Assembly (NCBI RefSeq): GCF_006345805.1
Contig: NC_043016.1
Location: 6,944,001 to 7,008,000 of the forward strand
Source: Octopus sinensis
Lineage: Eukaryota
Length of the DNA: 64,000 nt
Direction: 5' to 3'
In this document: positions 24,425 to 36,618 of the stretch, in pieces
Position numbering within the stretch: the stretch's first letter is position 1
Layout of the letters: each line of letters opens with the position of its first letter
Program-made: the position numbers and the translations under genes
Notes under the pieces: model-generated
Seen by the model: only the letters and a program-made list of their open reading frames with translations
What the model was told of the DNA's origin: nothing
Database searches by the model: none

Positions 24425-24763
24425 ATATATATAAACGGCCAAATGTCTGTCTGTCTGTGTGTCCTTTATACAAATCCACAATTTTTTAGTTAGTGGGCTC
24501 GCACTTTCTATAGTCATTCAAAACCGTCCAAGGGTGGTCGTGCACTTCTTTACATTTCCCCAGTAACCCCGCAAAGCCATTAAAAAATCAATAGAAGTGA
24601 CTTTTTTGTGAATTTTCTATCCAAAACCCAATCAAAATGCCCGAAACTTGATACGCCAATTGAATGCCAGCTAGCTGTATGTGACTGGTCGGAGATTTGG
24701 ACAGTACTCACATATATGTGCGCACTAGCAATATGACCCGGCGTTGCCGGGTCATAGTGCTAG
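24425..24763 (+). mobile_element. Non-autonomous Helitron
   Basis: Ends in the long palindrome ACTAGCAATATGACCCGGC-GTT-GCCGGGTCATAGTGCTAG; inverted copy at 5229-5573. Confidence 0.75.
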
Positions 24764-24825
24764 TTATTATTATTATTATTATAATTATTATTATTATTAT
24801 TGTTGTTGTTGTTGTTGTTGTTGTT

Positions 24826-25375
24826 ATTGAGTGAGAGAGCAGTGTATGCCATCAAAGTGACACTGGGGTAAAATATACGGAACCCAGTATACCCATCAAG
24901 ACTACTCGTCTGATAAGAGTACACTTGGTACATGCATCACAACCATATGTGCGTGACATGGTGATCTGATATCAAGATAAACAGCACATGACCCTGCAAG
25001 TGGGGCTCAATTAGAATTTTCTTCAGGTTGAGTAGCTCATCCCGCTAAAAAGGTCCCTGAATAAGGGTTGTTTAAGAATGTTGAAAGAAACACCCATGTT
25101 TCCAGAGGTGAATTATTCAAACCCCAAAGAATCCTTCACAACACATGGCTATGATGCTCCCCCATTACTTCTGCTCGTGATCAGAGATGCACATATCGTC
25201 AGCCACTAGGGGACATGGTCAACTGGTTAAGGTCAAACAACTGACAAGCAAATCTGTGGTATTGAGCAGAATATTTGCTGTAGGCCATCTTTTATACCAA
25301 GACAAAACAATGTACATGATAACACTTCCAATCGGTTAAGATCAGAAGCCATGAGAACCACTGCCTGGTACTGCA

Positions 25376-25378
<3 letters not shown>
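24826..25378. repeat. ~550-bp non-coding interspersed element embedded in (TTA)n
   Basis: Sharp boundaries against (TTA/TTG)n tracts on both sides and no ORF; single copy in the window, so repeat status is inferred. Confidence 0.45.
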
Positions 25379-25441
<63 letters not shown>

Positions 25442-25447
25442 ATTATA

Positions 25448-25519
<72 letters not shown>

Positions 25520-25547
25520 GATATCATTATTATTATTATTATTATTA

Positions 25548-25601
<54 letters not shown>

Positions 25602-25689
25602 TATTATTATTATTATTATTATTATCATCAATCATCATTATCTCTTTCTCTCAGGTTTCGTTGTGAGAAAGTTTTGCGGGCTTGCTGCC

Positions 25690-26180
25690 TGCAGCCTACA
25701 GTTCCATGCTATTCGTTCTATTCATCTATCAAATACTTTCCTAATTATTTTGGCCATGCCAACGAGGCAAACCTTTTGTAACAGTTCTACTGGGCACTCT
25801 GTTCCAATTTCCTTTATATTCCTCATGATGCCTTCTTATACTGTTCCCAAGGACCCAAAAATAATTGGCACTATCTTCACCTTCTTCATTTTCCATAGCC
25901 GGGCTATTTCTTACTTAAGAGGGTTGTATCTGTCTATCTTTTCGCCTCCCTTCTTGACTATTCGTGGGTCAAAAGGGTCATGCAGCATCAACTACATATC
26001 ACGTGTGGTGCATCTTGTCCACCATCATTAGGTCCAGTCTGTTATGTTTTAGCACCTGATCTGTTTGGTTTGGGAAACTCCACAGAAACTGTATTTACAG
26101 TTTCTTCTGTAACCACAGCCGGAAATAATTTGCCTACCTGTTGTGCTATCCTTTTCGTTTTGTTCCTCATTCGTGTTGTT
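25690..26180 (-). pseudogene. 3' end of an R4/Dong-like RLE LINE next to (TTA)n
   Basis: Minus-strand FLWSFPNQTDQVLKHNRLD and further decayed endonuclease motifs, ending near the (TTA)n tract at 25378-25630. Confidence 0.65.
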
Positions 26181-26518
26181 GTTGTTGTTTGTCCAGCCAT
26201 GTTGTTTGTAGTATCTCTCTGAATGATAAATTCAAGTCTCAGTCGAAAATCACTACGATCTTGAATAAAAGGCTTCCTTAGTAAATTTATCTGAAGATTA
26301 ACCAGTTATTTAACAGGACTGATAGTTGTGGCTTCAAAGTTGGAGATAGCTCCCATCGTATAGTCGATAGTCTCCCACGACAATCACAGTACTTCTTGTT
26401 TGTATGTATGTATGCATGTACGTATGTACGTAAGTATGTATGTATGTATGTATGTATGTATGTATGTATGTATGTATGCACGCATGCATGCATGCATGTA
26501 TGTATACATGTATGTATG

Positions 26519-26549
<31 letters not shown>

Positions 26550-26599
26550 GTTTATATGTCACGTGTTTGGTGCCAGCGACACCAAACACGTATTTAATA

Positions 26600-27340
26600 C
26601 AAAGCGATATATAATACAAAGCTGGCTCTTTACAAAGCATTTGTCTTACCGCCCCAGTTATATTCCCGTGAAACACGGACATGTTAGGAAAGGCATTTTA
26701 AATTGTTTGAACAATTCCACTAAAAATGCCTTCATCGCATTTTACAAATAAAATGGAGTTCTTTTACTCCAAACACAGATGTCCTTGCATCTGCAGGCAT
26801 CACTTCAATTAAAGCTATGATTTTGAGGAACCAACTGAGACGGTGTGGCCCTATTGTTCAAATGGCAGATGAATGCATGCCGAAACAGCTGTTTTATGGT
26901 GAGATTGCAGAGGGGAAACGCTATCGGCGTAAACCTAAAAAATGGTTCAAGGACGGCATAAGGACTACTATGAAGTCACTTGGAATGGTTCCAGAAAATA
27001 TTGAAACCCTTGCTTCGGATCGAGTTGGATGGCGAACAAAGGTGTGGCGTGGAGTGAAAGCATTTCAAGAGGCCAGGGTAACACAAATAAGATTCAAAAA
27101 AGATCTAAGGAATAATGTAACGATCGAGAAGGTGAATGACAATGACCTTTTTTTGACAGACCATGCCTGTCTTTTGCTGGCCTCAAATCTCATCTGCGAA
27201 CGCATGGAAAACGAACCTCCACCAACTATTCTGCCTATATGTCTGTGCACACCTTTGAATGCAGTGTATGCCACAAGGTCTGCAAATCTAACTGAGGCCT
27301 TAAAAAACATTTTAAGATCCACAAAGATCAGAACTTAACT
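26600..27340 (+). pseudogene. RTE (BovB-like) LINE 3' fragment
   Basis: TKLALYKAFVL..CLHRILQIKW..ILRNQLRRCGPIVQMADECMPKQLFYGEIAEGKR..KPKKWFKD. Confidence 0.85.
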
Positions 27341-27914
27341 TCAGCTTTGGTGGTCCAAATTGGATATGCAATCTATTTGGGTGTCTTTTCAAACCATTGT
27401 TTGGTTTAAAAGGCCACATCAGATGCCATGATGGTGCTAAGGTGTAGGTACAGGAGGAGGTCAGACTCTGCATAAGGAATAGACAACCACCATGTATGTA
27501 AGTATGTATCTATGTATCTATGTATGTATGCATCCATGCATGTATGCATGTATATATGTATGTATGTATGTGTGTGTGTATGTATGCATGTATGCATGTA
27601 TACACGTATGCATGTATGTATGTATGTATGTGTGTGTGTATGTATGTATGTATGCATGTATGCATGTATGTATGTATGCATGTATGTATGTGTGTGTGTA
27701 TGTATGTATGTACAATTGTGAGTTACTGTCATTTCAAGCTGTTGAGCTTGTTCACCTTTATATATATGATTTACTTTATAATTTATTCTGCACGAGTTCT
27801 CATTATTGGCTGTTTATGTTTCTGTACTCGGGTATTCATTCTGCTCTCTTCGTAATGCTCAATCAATGTTCATAAATTCTGATGATTAAATAAATATCAA
27901 ATCAATATATATAT

Positions 27915-27957
<43 letters not shown>

Positions 27958-29073
27958 CGTCAGTGTATCACATATCCGAAAAAGAAGCACACTCTAAAGC
28001 ATATATTTAATATACATTGATGAAGTGCGTGTCATCAATATATATTTTAAATATGTATATACACTTATTCCACTGCTAATTATTCTGCTTCATATATTGC
28101 CCTCCATCCCTCTATTACCTTGTATTTTCAACATAAAGAGAGATATCATGTTATCAAATTCAGCGTATTTCAGATGGTCAAGGGGTGCAGTTTTCTCCTC
28201 ATGTTTAAACAAGAAATATTGTGCTGAGGAACTTTTACAGTGAGTTTGGATAAAGCGTCATTGTAAAGGCAGTGTTTTCCCAAAAAGTTAAAGCACGTAG
28301 AAACGTTTATTTCAAGGTTAATTCTAAAGTCGAGGATCTTTTTTTTTTATGATTCGTCAACCTAATTAATTACTTTTTAAAGCTTATAAAGTTTAAAATC
28401 GCGCGATAAAGTTAAAATAAGGTTTAAAAAATGAAATTACACTGAAAAAAAAAGCAAAGGTTTTTTTTTTATTAGATACTGAAAGAAAATAAATTCATTG
28501 ATATATATTTTTATGTATTGATTAAACCTAAATTTGATACACATTTCTGCTAGTTCTTAGTGGAGCTGATGTACTGGACTACCTCTTTGGAGCTATTTAT
28601 AACTCTCGCTATGGCTTCTTCTACCTTCAATGTTAAAAATTATTTGACACTATGTGCATCCAGTCATTTGAACAAAAGCCTAGCATACCTGTATAGTTTT
28701 TCTGAAAGAGAAATTTCAGTCTTCAAGATACTTTTACCAATATTAGTTATTTGTGATCGATACCAACCGCTAATATTAATTATATGCATATGTTTTTTTC
28801 CAATTCATGAAACAGGCCTCATTAAGAATAGAATTACTTATTACCATCTAATTGTAAGTGTATCTACTTACAGTTTTAATTCTCTGGGCCTGTTATTTAG
28901 GAATTCTAAATTTACCATCGAAAGTAAGTACTTTTCTTTACTATTTCTTTTACTATACATAAATGTATAGTGTGTTAGTTATTTCTTAATAATATTTTGA
29001 TATATACTTTTTATTTATCATTTAAATTTGTTGTTAAATATTTTATGTAAATTTTTATCTAAGATTAATTGAA

Positions 29074-30091
29074 TTGAATAATTTTCTTTCGCATTTCTGG
29101 CTCTTTTTGAAGTTGATTGTGGAGTTCTTTTGTCATTGCCTTATTGAGCTCACTAATCCAAGTTTGAGAAATCTCTTTGATTCTATCAATAAGCCATTGC
29201 CATCTGAATCTACATGCCAAAAATATGTTGATGTGTTTAGTGCAAACGCAGTTGTAAATTGCAAGAGTTGCCTGGCTGATCAAAATGTATTTTTAATTGT
29301 TGAACAAAGTGAAATTGATAATAAAAAAAATGTTAATGTACTTATTGGTTCAGGTAAAAATCCTCAAGAAACGTTCTTAATAGAATGTTTGCCGCTCGGA
29401 TCAGTTCTAACTGCCACAATCTTTGCTCAGATCATCGATTGTACTTTAAGAAGTATAACAGGAAATTTTCTGCTATTATTGTCTTGTGCTGCTCGGCATA
29501 TCATAACTGACGGAGCAACATTGTAAGTTATGTACCCTAAGCTCTTCTATGTAATCTGCCTCTCTCACCTATTGTGCCCTAAAAATAAAGGGTTTCTATC
29601 CTGTAATTAGTTGTCTGGTTGCTACCGTCAAGGCTGCCACTGTAAGAAACAAATAGTCCCCCACCCCAGCCAATTGTGACCGAGTGGAGCAGCTGGTGGG
29701 ATACCTGCAATTACTATGAGCAAGGACCTTGCAGAAGTTACGAAAATTGTAGAAAGTTTTGAGAACAAAAGTATTCTGGTGCCGAGAGCGAAAGAAACTG
29801 TACGAAATCCTGAGATCAGGACTTCACCCAAATCTGTTTTTGAAAGCTGAGTCAACAGCCTTTACCATTTACGATGCTTACAAAAGCCTGAAAGAATTGA
29901 AATTCAGCAAAGACCCATGCTGCATTATGAATCACATTGATTTTAGATTCAATAAAAACCAAACCAATTTAGTAATTCAACTAACGAACCCCAAAGTTTC
30001 ACTTGTGGAATATGCAGATCTGATACAATCCCAAGTGACCACAGCTATTGTAGAATGCAGTTTTTCAATGCAGAAAAACTGTGTCCATTAA
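29074..30091 (+). pseudogene. hAT-superfamily-like transposase relic
   Basis: NVFLIVEQSEID..FLIEC..NFLLLLSCAARH..LFYVICLSHLL (DUF659-like catalytic region) and the C-terminal TTAIVECSFSM dimerisation-like motif; an unrelated insert at about 29580-29720. Confidence 0.6.
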
Positions 30092-30959
30092 TTAGATGGA
30101 CAGACGATTGAAAAGGTTGCAAGATGCAACGAAAATTTTAGGAAAATAAAAATAAGAAATAAGTGGAAATTTTACCGGTGAGTGTGTTACATTATAAGGC
30201 ACAAAAAGAAAATGACTCTCCCCAGACACAACAGAAAATGCTGAAAAAGATCCATGCAAAAGACAGTAATTTCTACCTGCAATATAAGACATTGTATCAT
30301 GTTGTACTATAATAAATTTCCTAAAAAAAGTTATTTTTTAAAATTGTTTTGATGATATTCGTATATCACAAAGTAATCAAAACTAGAGTAAACTCCTTAA
30401 TGTTTATGGATTTATTAATAATGCTGAAGTTAAAATAAAGTTAAAATATATCAATAAATTTTTAAAATAAGGTTACAAAAGGTATGAAAATAAAGTTAAA
30501 ATCAAGCAATTTTTAAGGTAAAAAAAATCGCTCTACTTATGTACAAAATTACATAAGTAGCTTTTGCGCTGAATGAGTCAAATACATTGTAAATGAGCAG
30601 CTTTTTCATGAACTAAACCTGCTGTCTCTTGAAGCTTTAGAAAAAGTGTGTAACCCGTTTGTAAGATCGTGTATCTATGTGTAAATATGCATATATTTTA
30701 GTAGTTTTTAATATATGTACATGCACAGCTTTTGTGAAATTATGTCGAACATTTATTGTAAAATAAAGAGTGAATCCTTGACTTCAACATACTTTACAGA
30801 CGAAGAAGAATCAATGTATAACATTTGAGGAGTGATTAATATAAATTTCATATTTTCGTGTTATTTTGGCATTTTTATTTATAACCTCATATCCTCGTTA
30901 ACGACTTTCATCCTGTATATTTTTCAACAATGCCTTCAATTGAAAAAACCGGATACTCG

Positions 30960-31235
30960 TGTTATAAACCCAAACTCGAATATCAAAATTTAAAAGGTTT
31001 TAATCGACTAAAAATACAGCAATCTACAATACAAACAAAGATTGCTAAAATTGTAAGCAAAACCAAACTTCAACGCAATAAGAGTTTTATGCAGCGGGTT
31101 GCTACAGTCTCGACTAACTAAAACCAACACTGAACATGTCGTGTCGCAAACGGAACAGAACTCCGCGCAGTCGCACTGCAGGCATATAACAGCAATCGAG
31201 ACAATCAAAATCACGTGATCAAAACTAAAATCACA
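30960..31235 (-). repeat. Probable 3' LTR of the Gypsy element
   Basis: On the minus strand a purine tract AGAGGGAAAAA (31236-31246) is followed by TGTG; ATTAAA, then ...TTATAACA at 30960. The left boundary is inferred. Confidence 0.45.
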
Positions 31236-31399
31236 TTTTTCCCTCTAAAGAAAAAGAACAATTAACCAACAAAATGCAAAATACAAACATAACCATGAGT
31301 CAAACGTAATAGTGAGGCTTTTCATAAGCGTAGCACATCATCAATCATAAATTTAACCTACCAGTAACTTTTTTTTGTTCTGGTTGAACGCCAGTGCAA

Positions 31400-32735
31400 A
31401 GTAGTTTGAGGTTCTGGTTCTTGAGCTGGTCTAGGTGGGACAGAATCGATCATGGTATCTGAAAAACCACCACGGTGTTCAATGCACTTGAGTAGGATCA
31501 GTGTCAGCAACATTAGTTTGATCCTTACTTAATTGATACTCCTCAGTCGTTTTGCCAGAAGGGGCTAAATCTCTAATGGATACAGTACTTTCACGTCCAT
31601 CTGGGTACTGTACCCTCGCGTGGTTAGGGTTAGTTTGTACCAATTGGGCTTCATCTACTAACGGATCATACTTATTGTGTACATGTCGTTTAACAAACAC
31701 TTTGTCAGTTCCTTGCATTAACCAAGAAGGAACGGAAAGACTACACATAGAACGTCTAGGAAATTTAAAGAATCTCTTATGTGGGGTCTCATTAGTTGCC
31801 ACGCATAATAATGAATGTTGCGAATATAAAACTTCTGGAAGCACGACTTCCCTTTGAGAAACTGGTAAATTTCGGCTACGTAAGGCCAATTTAATGGAAT
31901 TCCATATTACTCCATTATACCTTTCACATTGAGCATTTCCACGAGGATTTTACACGGTAGAATGAGTAATCGCTATTCCCCTATCATACAGAAATTGTTA
32001 AGTTCTTTGGATGCAAAACATTTAGCATTTCCACTATGAATAACAGCAGGAAATCCGAAAAGACTAAACAAAACCTTCAAATTACTAATAACGGAATGAC
32101 CACTAGTATTAGTACATGGAAAAATAAACGAAAAACGTGAATACTCATCCACAACAGTTAAAAAATAATGGTTCTTTGACACTGAAGGTAGGGGTCCTTT
32201 AAAAGACACTGAAGGTAGGGGTCCTTTAAAATCAAGATTCAATCTTTCAAAAGCTTGAGTAGATTTAATTCCTGAGGAAACAGAGGTTTTAGTAAAGCGA
32301 GGCTTCACTTCACAACATATTACACAATTGTTAGTTATACGCTTTACATCATCTACAGAGTAAGGTAAATTCTTAACTTTAATATAATGAAACAATCGTG
32401 TGATCCGAGGATGACACAGCGCTGCATGAATACGATAGAGTTCTTTATCAGTCGTAGCTGCGCAATAAGTACGCGATAAAGCATCAGATGCAACATTAAA
32501 CTTGCCTTGGCGGTAAATGATATCAAATTGATACTGGGCTAGTTCGATCCGCCAACGCATTATCTTTTCGTTTTTAGGTTTACTGCGCTTTTGACAATTA
32601 AACATAAAAGTCACACTGTTTTGATCAGTTATTAGTGTGAAGTTACGTCCAAGAAGAAAATGAGACCGTTTTCTCACAGTTTCTACAATCGCTGTCGCCT
32701 CTTTTTCAATACAAGAATAACGACGCTCATTTGGG
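31400..32735 (-). pseudogene. Ty3/Gypsy pol fragment (RNase H end and integrase)
   Basis: YSCIEKEATAIV..FTLITDQ..RWRIELAQYQFDIIYRQGK.NVASDALSR, HAALCH..CVIC zinc-binding motif, LNLDFKGPLP..FLTVVDEYSRF core, and ATNETPHKRFF C-terminus. Confidence 0.9.
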
Positions 32736-32744
32736 TTGAGGGTT

Positions 32745-33916
32745 CTTGTTTTTACCCCTCTGCAAAGGAATTTTATTTAATTCTTTCGCAGGAAGGGCTA
32801 GTTCGACGAGTCGTGTTCTGTCCTCACCTTCGAAACACGCTGGAGTTGAACTAGGGACGGCTGATGAAGGGGATTTTTCCTTGTGTAGTTGTCTTGTACT
32901 CTGTTTTTTCGTTGTTAAAAAATGGTCCGTTCCATGCTGTTTTTACGTTTTCGTTTCTCGTTGAGTTCTACGTCTATTTGTGGTGTCCTGTACACACGTA
33001 TATATATTTATATATGCATGTATATATACATGTAGATGTAGGTACGTACATATATGTTTGTATGTATGCATATATTTTATTTATTACACTATTGTATGAC
33101 TGAGCGCCTTCGCGTCGATTCGATTCGATTCGTTTGGTTTGGTTTCGTTTCTTCTTCTTCTCTAAGCTGGGTTTTTTTTATATATAATTATGACGCGAAA
33201 CTCTATAACTCCTACTTCTCTCTTTCTTTCACCCTCTTTTCCTTCCTTCCTCTCTATCTCTTTCTCTCTCTCTCTCTCTCACTCCCCCTCATCTCACTCA
33301 CAGCCGGGTCTACGAACTTCCTTTCGCTGGCGGCCTTATTCAAGTAAACATGTTTCTTCCTGCGCTCGTGAAAAAAAATTTTCCTCGTCTAGGCTTATAG
33401 GATCTTTATTTGTTTTCTTGTCCTGTTTCTATTTCTTCTTGTACTGTATTTTTTGTAATTGTATTTTTATTTTGTATTTGTTTTTAATTGTATTGTTTTT
33501 ACGTCCTGTTTTTGTCACATTTTTTCCTTGTTTTTACCCCTCTGCAAAGGAATTTTATTTAATTCTTTCGCAGGAAGGAGTATTTCGACGAGACGTGTTC
33601 TGTCCTCACCTTCGAAACACGCTAGAGTTAAACTAGGGACAGCTGATGAAGGGGATTTTTCCTTGTGTAGTTGTCTTGTACTCTGTTTTTTCGTTGTTAA
33701 AAAAATGGTCCGTTTCATGCTGTTTTTACATTTTCGTTTCTCGTTGAGTTCTACGTCTATTTCTGGTGTCCTGTACACACGTATATATATTTATATATGC
33801 ATGTATATATACATGTAGATGTAGGTACGTACATATATGTTTGTATGTATGCATATATTTTATTCATTACACAATTGTATGACTGAGCGCCTTCGCGTCG
33901 ATTCGATTCGATTCGT
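32745..33916 (+). repeat. Two ~390-bp direct repeats (32745-33133 and 33527-33916) around a ~390-bp spacer
   Basis: Near-identical sequence from CTTGTTTTTACCCCTCTGC to GATTCGATTCGTT, 782 bp apart; shorter relatives at about 41265-41420 (minus) and 41870-42010 (plus). Confidence 0.9.
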
Positions 33917-35228
33917 TGCAAAAATACCTTCTGTAGTACAGTTATTTTATAGAAAAAATGGAAAGTCACCAATTTAGCAAAAGTTGCTAAATGTAGTTAA
34001 TATAGGTGCAAAACAAACTTTCTGTAGCATAGTTATGCTATAAAAAAGTGGAAAGTCACCAATTTAGCAAAAGTTCCTATGCGTCACCAATGTAACAGAG
34101 TACAGAAAATCAACATTTATTTGAAACATGGACTAAACGTTATAAAATTCACGATTGAATACGACGGTGAAAAAAGTGAAAGTCCAAGAAAATTCAATTT
34201 TTCATACAAAAATAATCTATTTTGCAACATTGAAACGAACGCTGAACCAAGTGTATAAGAAGGAAGATGCTATTGTTGTAACGTTAATTTAAAATATTTG
34301 CTGAAGGATGTATATAGCAAGATATAAATTAATTTGACATTACTACATATTTTTCAGCTGAGTAACGTTACAGGCTGCAGAATAAATACTGAGTAATGTA
34401 GTAAAAATGTTGTGCGACGTTGATACTCGGAGTGATAAAGAAGCTTGGGAGGACTGTTAAAAATTATCTTGAAACTGGTTAGAAGGTGTGGAATAACATT
34501 TCTGTAATTATATTGAAAGAGCCTTTGAGGTTTTCTACTTCGCCAAGTTTCCAAATAACCAGAATAACATTTTTTTAGATATATTGCGAGTGTTAAACTA
34601 GCCAAATATTCATGTTGTTAGTAATTCAAAGTGAATGCTGTTGTTCGTTTAAAGTCCAGGCCACAACTAAACTTTCAATATCGGCGCGTTTCCTTGTTGG
34701 GCGGGAGAAAGTTACATACATAAACTAACACACACACACGCACACACACACGCACATACACGTACACATACACACACAGATACACACACGCACACATACA
34801 TTAACGCACACCTGAAGACTATCTCTGTCCCTGTGTGTGTGTCGGTCGTCATAAAAAATGTATGTATACTGATAGACACATACACCGCCACACACACACA
34901 GACATCGGCCTAACGTAGGTAACGAACGCGCGAAAACACTCATAGAAAACGTGACGTCATTATGGTTGTGGTGGTGGTATAAAATGTCCTTTACTGCAGG
35001 TGAATAAAAGAAAAATGGCAATGTTAAAGTTTTGTAATGCAAATATGTGAATGAAAATATAGTTTAGTTGGTAGACAAAAGCCTATTCCATACGTCAAAT
35101 TCAGCAACTCAACTCGGTTTTGGAATGCATAAGGAACATACGCACATACATACACATACAAACTCTCTTATATATATATATATATTATATATATTATATA
35201 TATATATATATATGCATAAAGATATACA

Positions 35229-35425
35229 CAGGGTTGACCAAAAGTCACCTGAGTTTAACGACTGAATGATTTCATAAAACGATCTGAATATGAAACATCA
35301 TGAAGATTGTTCAAACTGAAGTCCTTCTTCAGCGACACATTTTTTCCATTCGAGTCAATATAGAATTACAGATAGTATTTATGAAATTTTGATTTATTGT
35401 CCGGATGACTTTTAGGCCTATCCTG
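35229..35425. mobile_element. Possible small Tc1/mariner-derived MITE
   Basis: Imperfect terminal inverted repeats CAGGGTTGACCAAAAGTCAC and GATGACTTTTAGGCCTATCCTG followed by TA; minus-strand EWKKCVAEEG resembles a mariner C-terminus. Confidence 0.4.
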
Positions 35426-35465
<40 letters not shown>

Positions 35466-35500
35466 CACCTAAAGAAATATCTACTAACAGATAGATAGAT

Positions 35501-35559
<59 letters not shown>

Positions 35560-35721
35560 TCACATACCCAAGCATACCCATGCATATTCTGCTAGCTACC
35601 CTATCGTTCACTTTCCCACTCATAACTACAGTCACTGCTATGTTGTGTCTCACGCTTTAAACCTTAGTCACCAGTTTTCATTCTCTTCGTCTCTTCCCCT
35701 CCCAACCACCACCACCACTAC

Positions 35722-35754
<33 letters not shown>

Positions 35755-36013
35755 CGTGTGTGTGTGGGTGTGTGGGTGTGGGTGTGGGTGTATGGGTGTG
35801 TGTGTGTGTGTGTGTGTGTGCTCGCCTGAAGACATCAAGTAATACTAGAGAATGGAATAAGCAAATCAAGAGCGAACACGAAGACAGAAAGTGTCACGGA
35901 GGAGGTCACAGATGTGTGATGAAAGATTTCCGGACAATAGTTAGAATAAGAACAGTAATAAACGAGTGAAAAACTAATATACAGTGTACGTGGTTATTTG
36001 GCAAAATATTATG

Positions 36014-36242
36014 CGTTGTGAGTGTTTATTGAGCGAAAACACCTAAAAGCTCCACGAGGCTCCGGCAGGGGGTGGTGGTGATCCCTGCTGTACTCTTTCA
36101 CCACTCTTTCTCCCACTCTTTCTTCTGTTGGCCTGCTTGCTTAGCCAGCGGGGTGACGTCATTCGAAGGCTAAAAAACAATGCGAACGCATTGTGACCAG
36201 CGATGTGTAACAACATCTGATGGTCTGGTCGGTCACGTGATA
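36014..36242 (+). mobile_element. 5'-truncated SINE family 3, tail type A
   Basis: Matches 43118-43343; ends in (AT)n. Confidence 0.85.
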
Positions 36243-36258
36243 TATATAATATATAATA

Positions 36259-36306
<48 letters not shown>

Positions 36307-36532
36307 CATATATATATATATAGTTATTGAAGTAGATAAATGAATTATCTTATTACGGATAATTCAAAAGATAACCGACACTGGGTAGCAAAAATCACAA
36401 CAGAAAGGGCACGGTTGAAGTTACGACCATGGGGCATAAAATCCGTGCCTTAGTGCGGAAATTTGAAGTTTTATATATTAAGTATAGGAAAGAATGGAGC
36501 TGAACGAAGATTTAACAAAATTCCTTTATTTT

Positions 36533-36618
36533 ATTTTCGACATATGTTTCGAAGTCTGCAAAGTCCCTAATTCCGAGTGAATAAGGAGTCCATTTTGCAG
36601 CTTTCTCTTCAGGAAAAT
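36533..36618 (-). ncRNA. Canonical type I hammerhead ribozyme with palindromic stem III
   Basis: Minus strand ATTTTC-CTGAAGA-[long stem II with CTGCAAA/TTTGCAG]-GAAAC-ATAT-GTC-GAAAAT; all core nucleotides are canonical. Confidence 0.8.

Noticed and set aside
27875-27910. CTGATGA...AAATCAAT as a hammerhead
   Set aside because: No paired stem II or GAAA; too AT-rich to distinguish from chance.
28689-28701. Possible 13-nt minus-strand micro-exon (TTTCTCTTTCAG|...CAG|GTATG)
   Set aside because: Good splice signals, but not a multiple of three, no neighbouring exons, and expected by chance in 64 kb.
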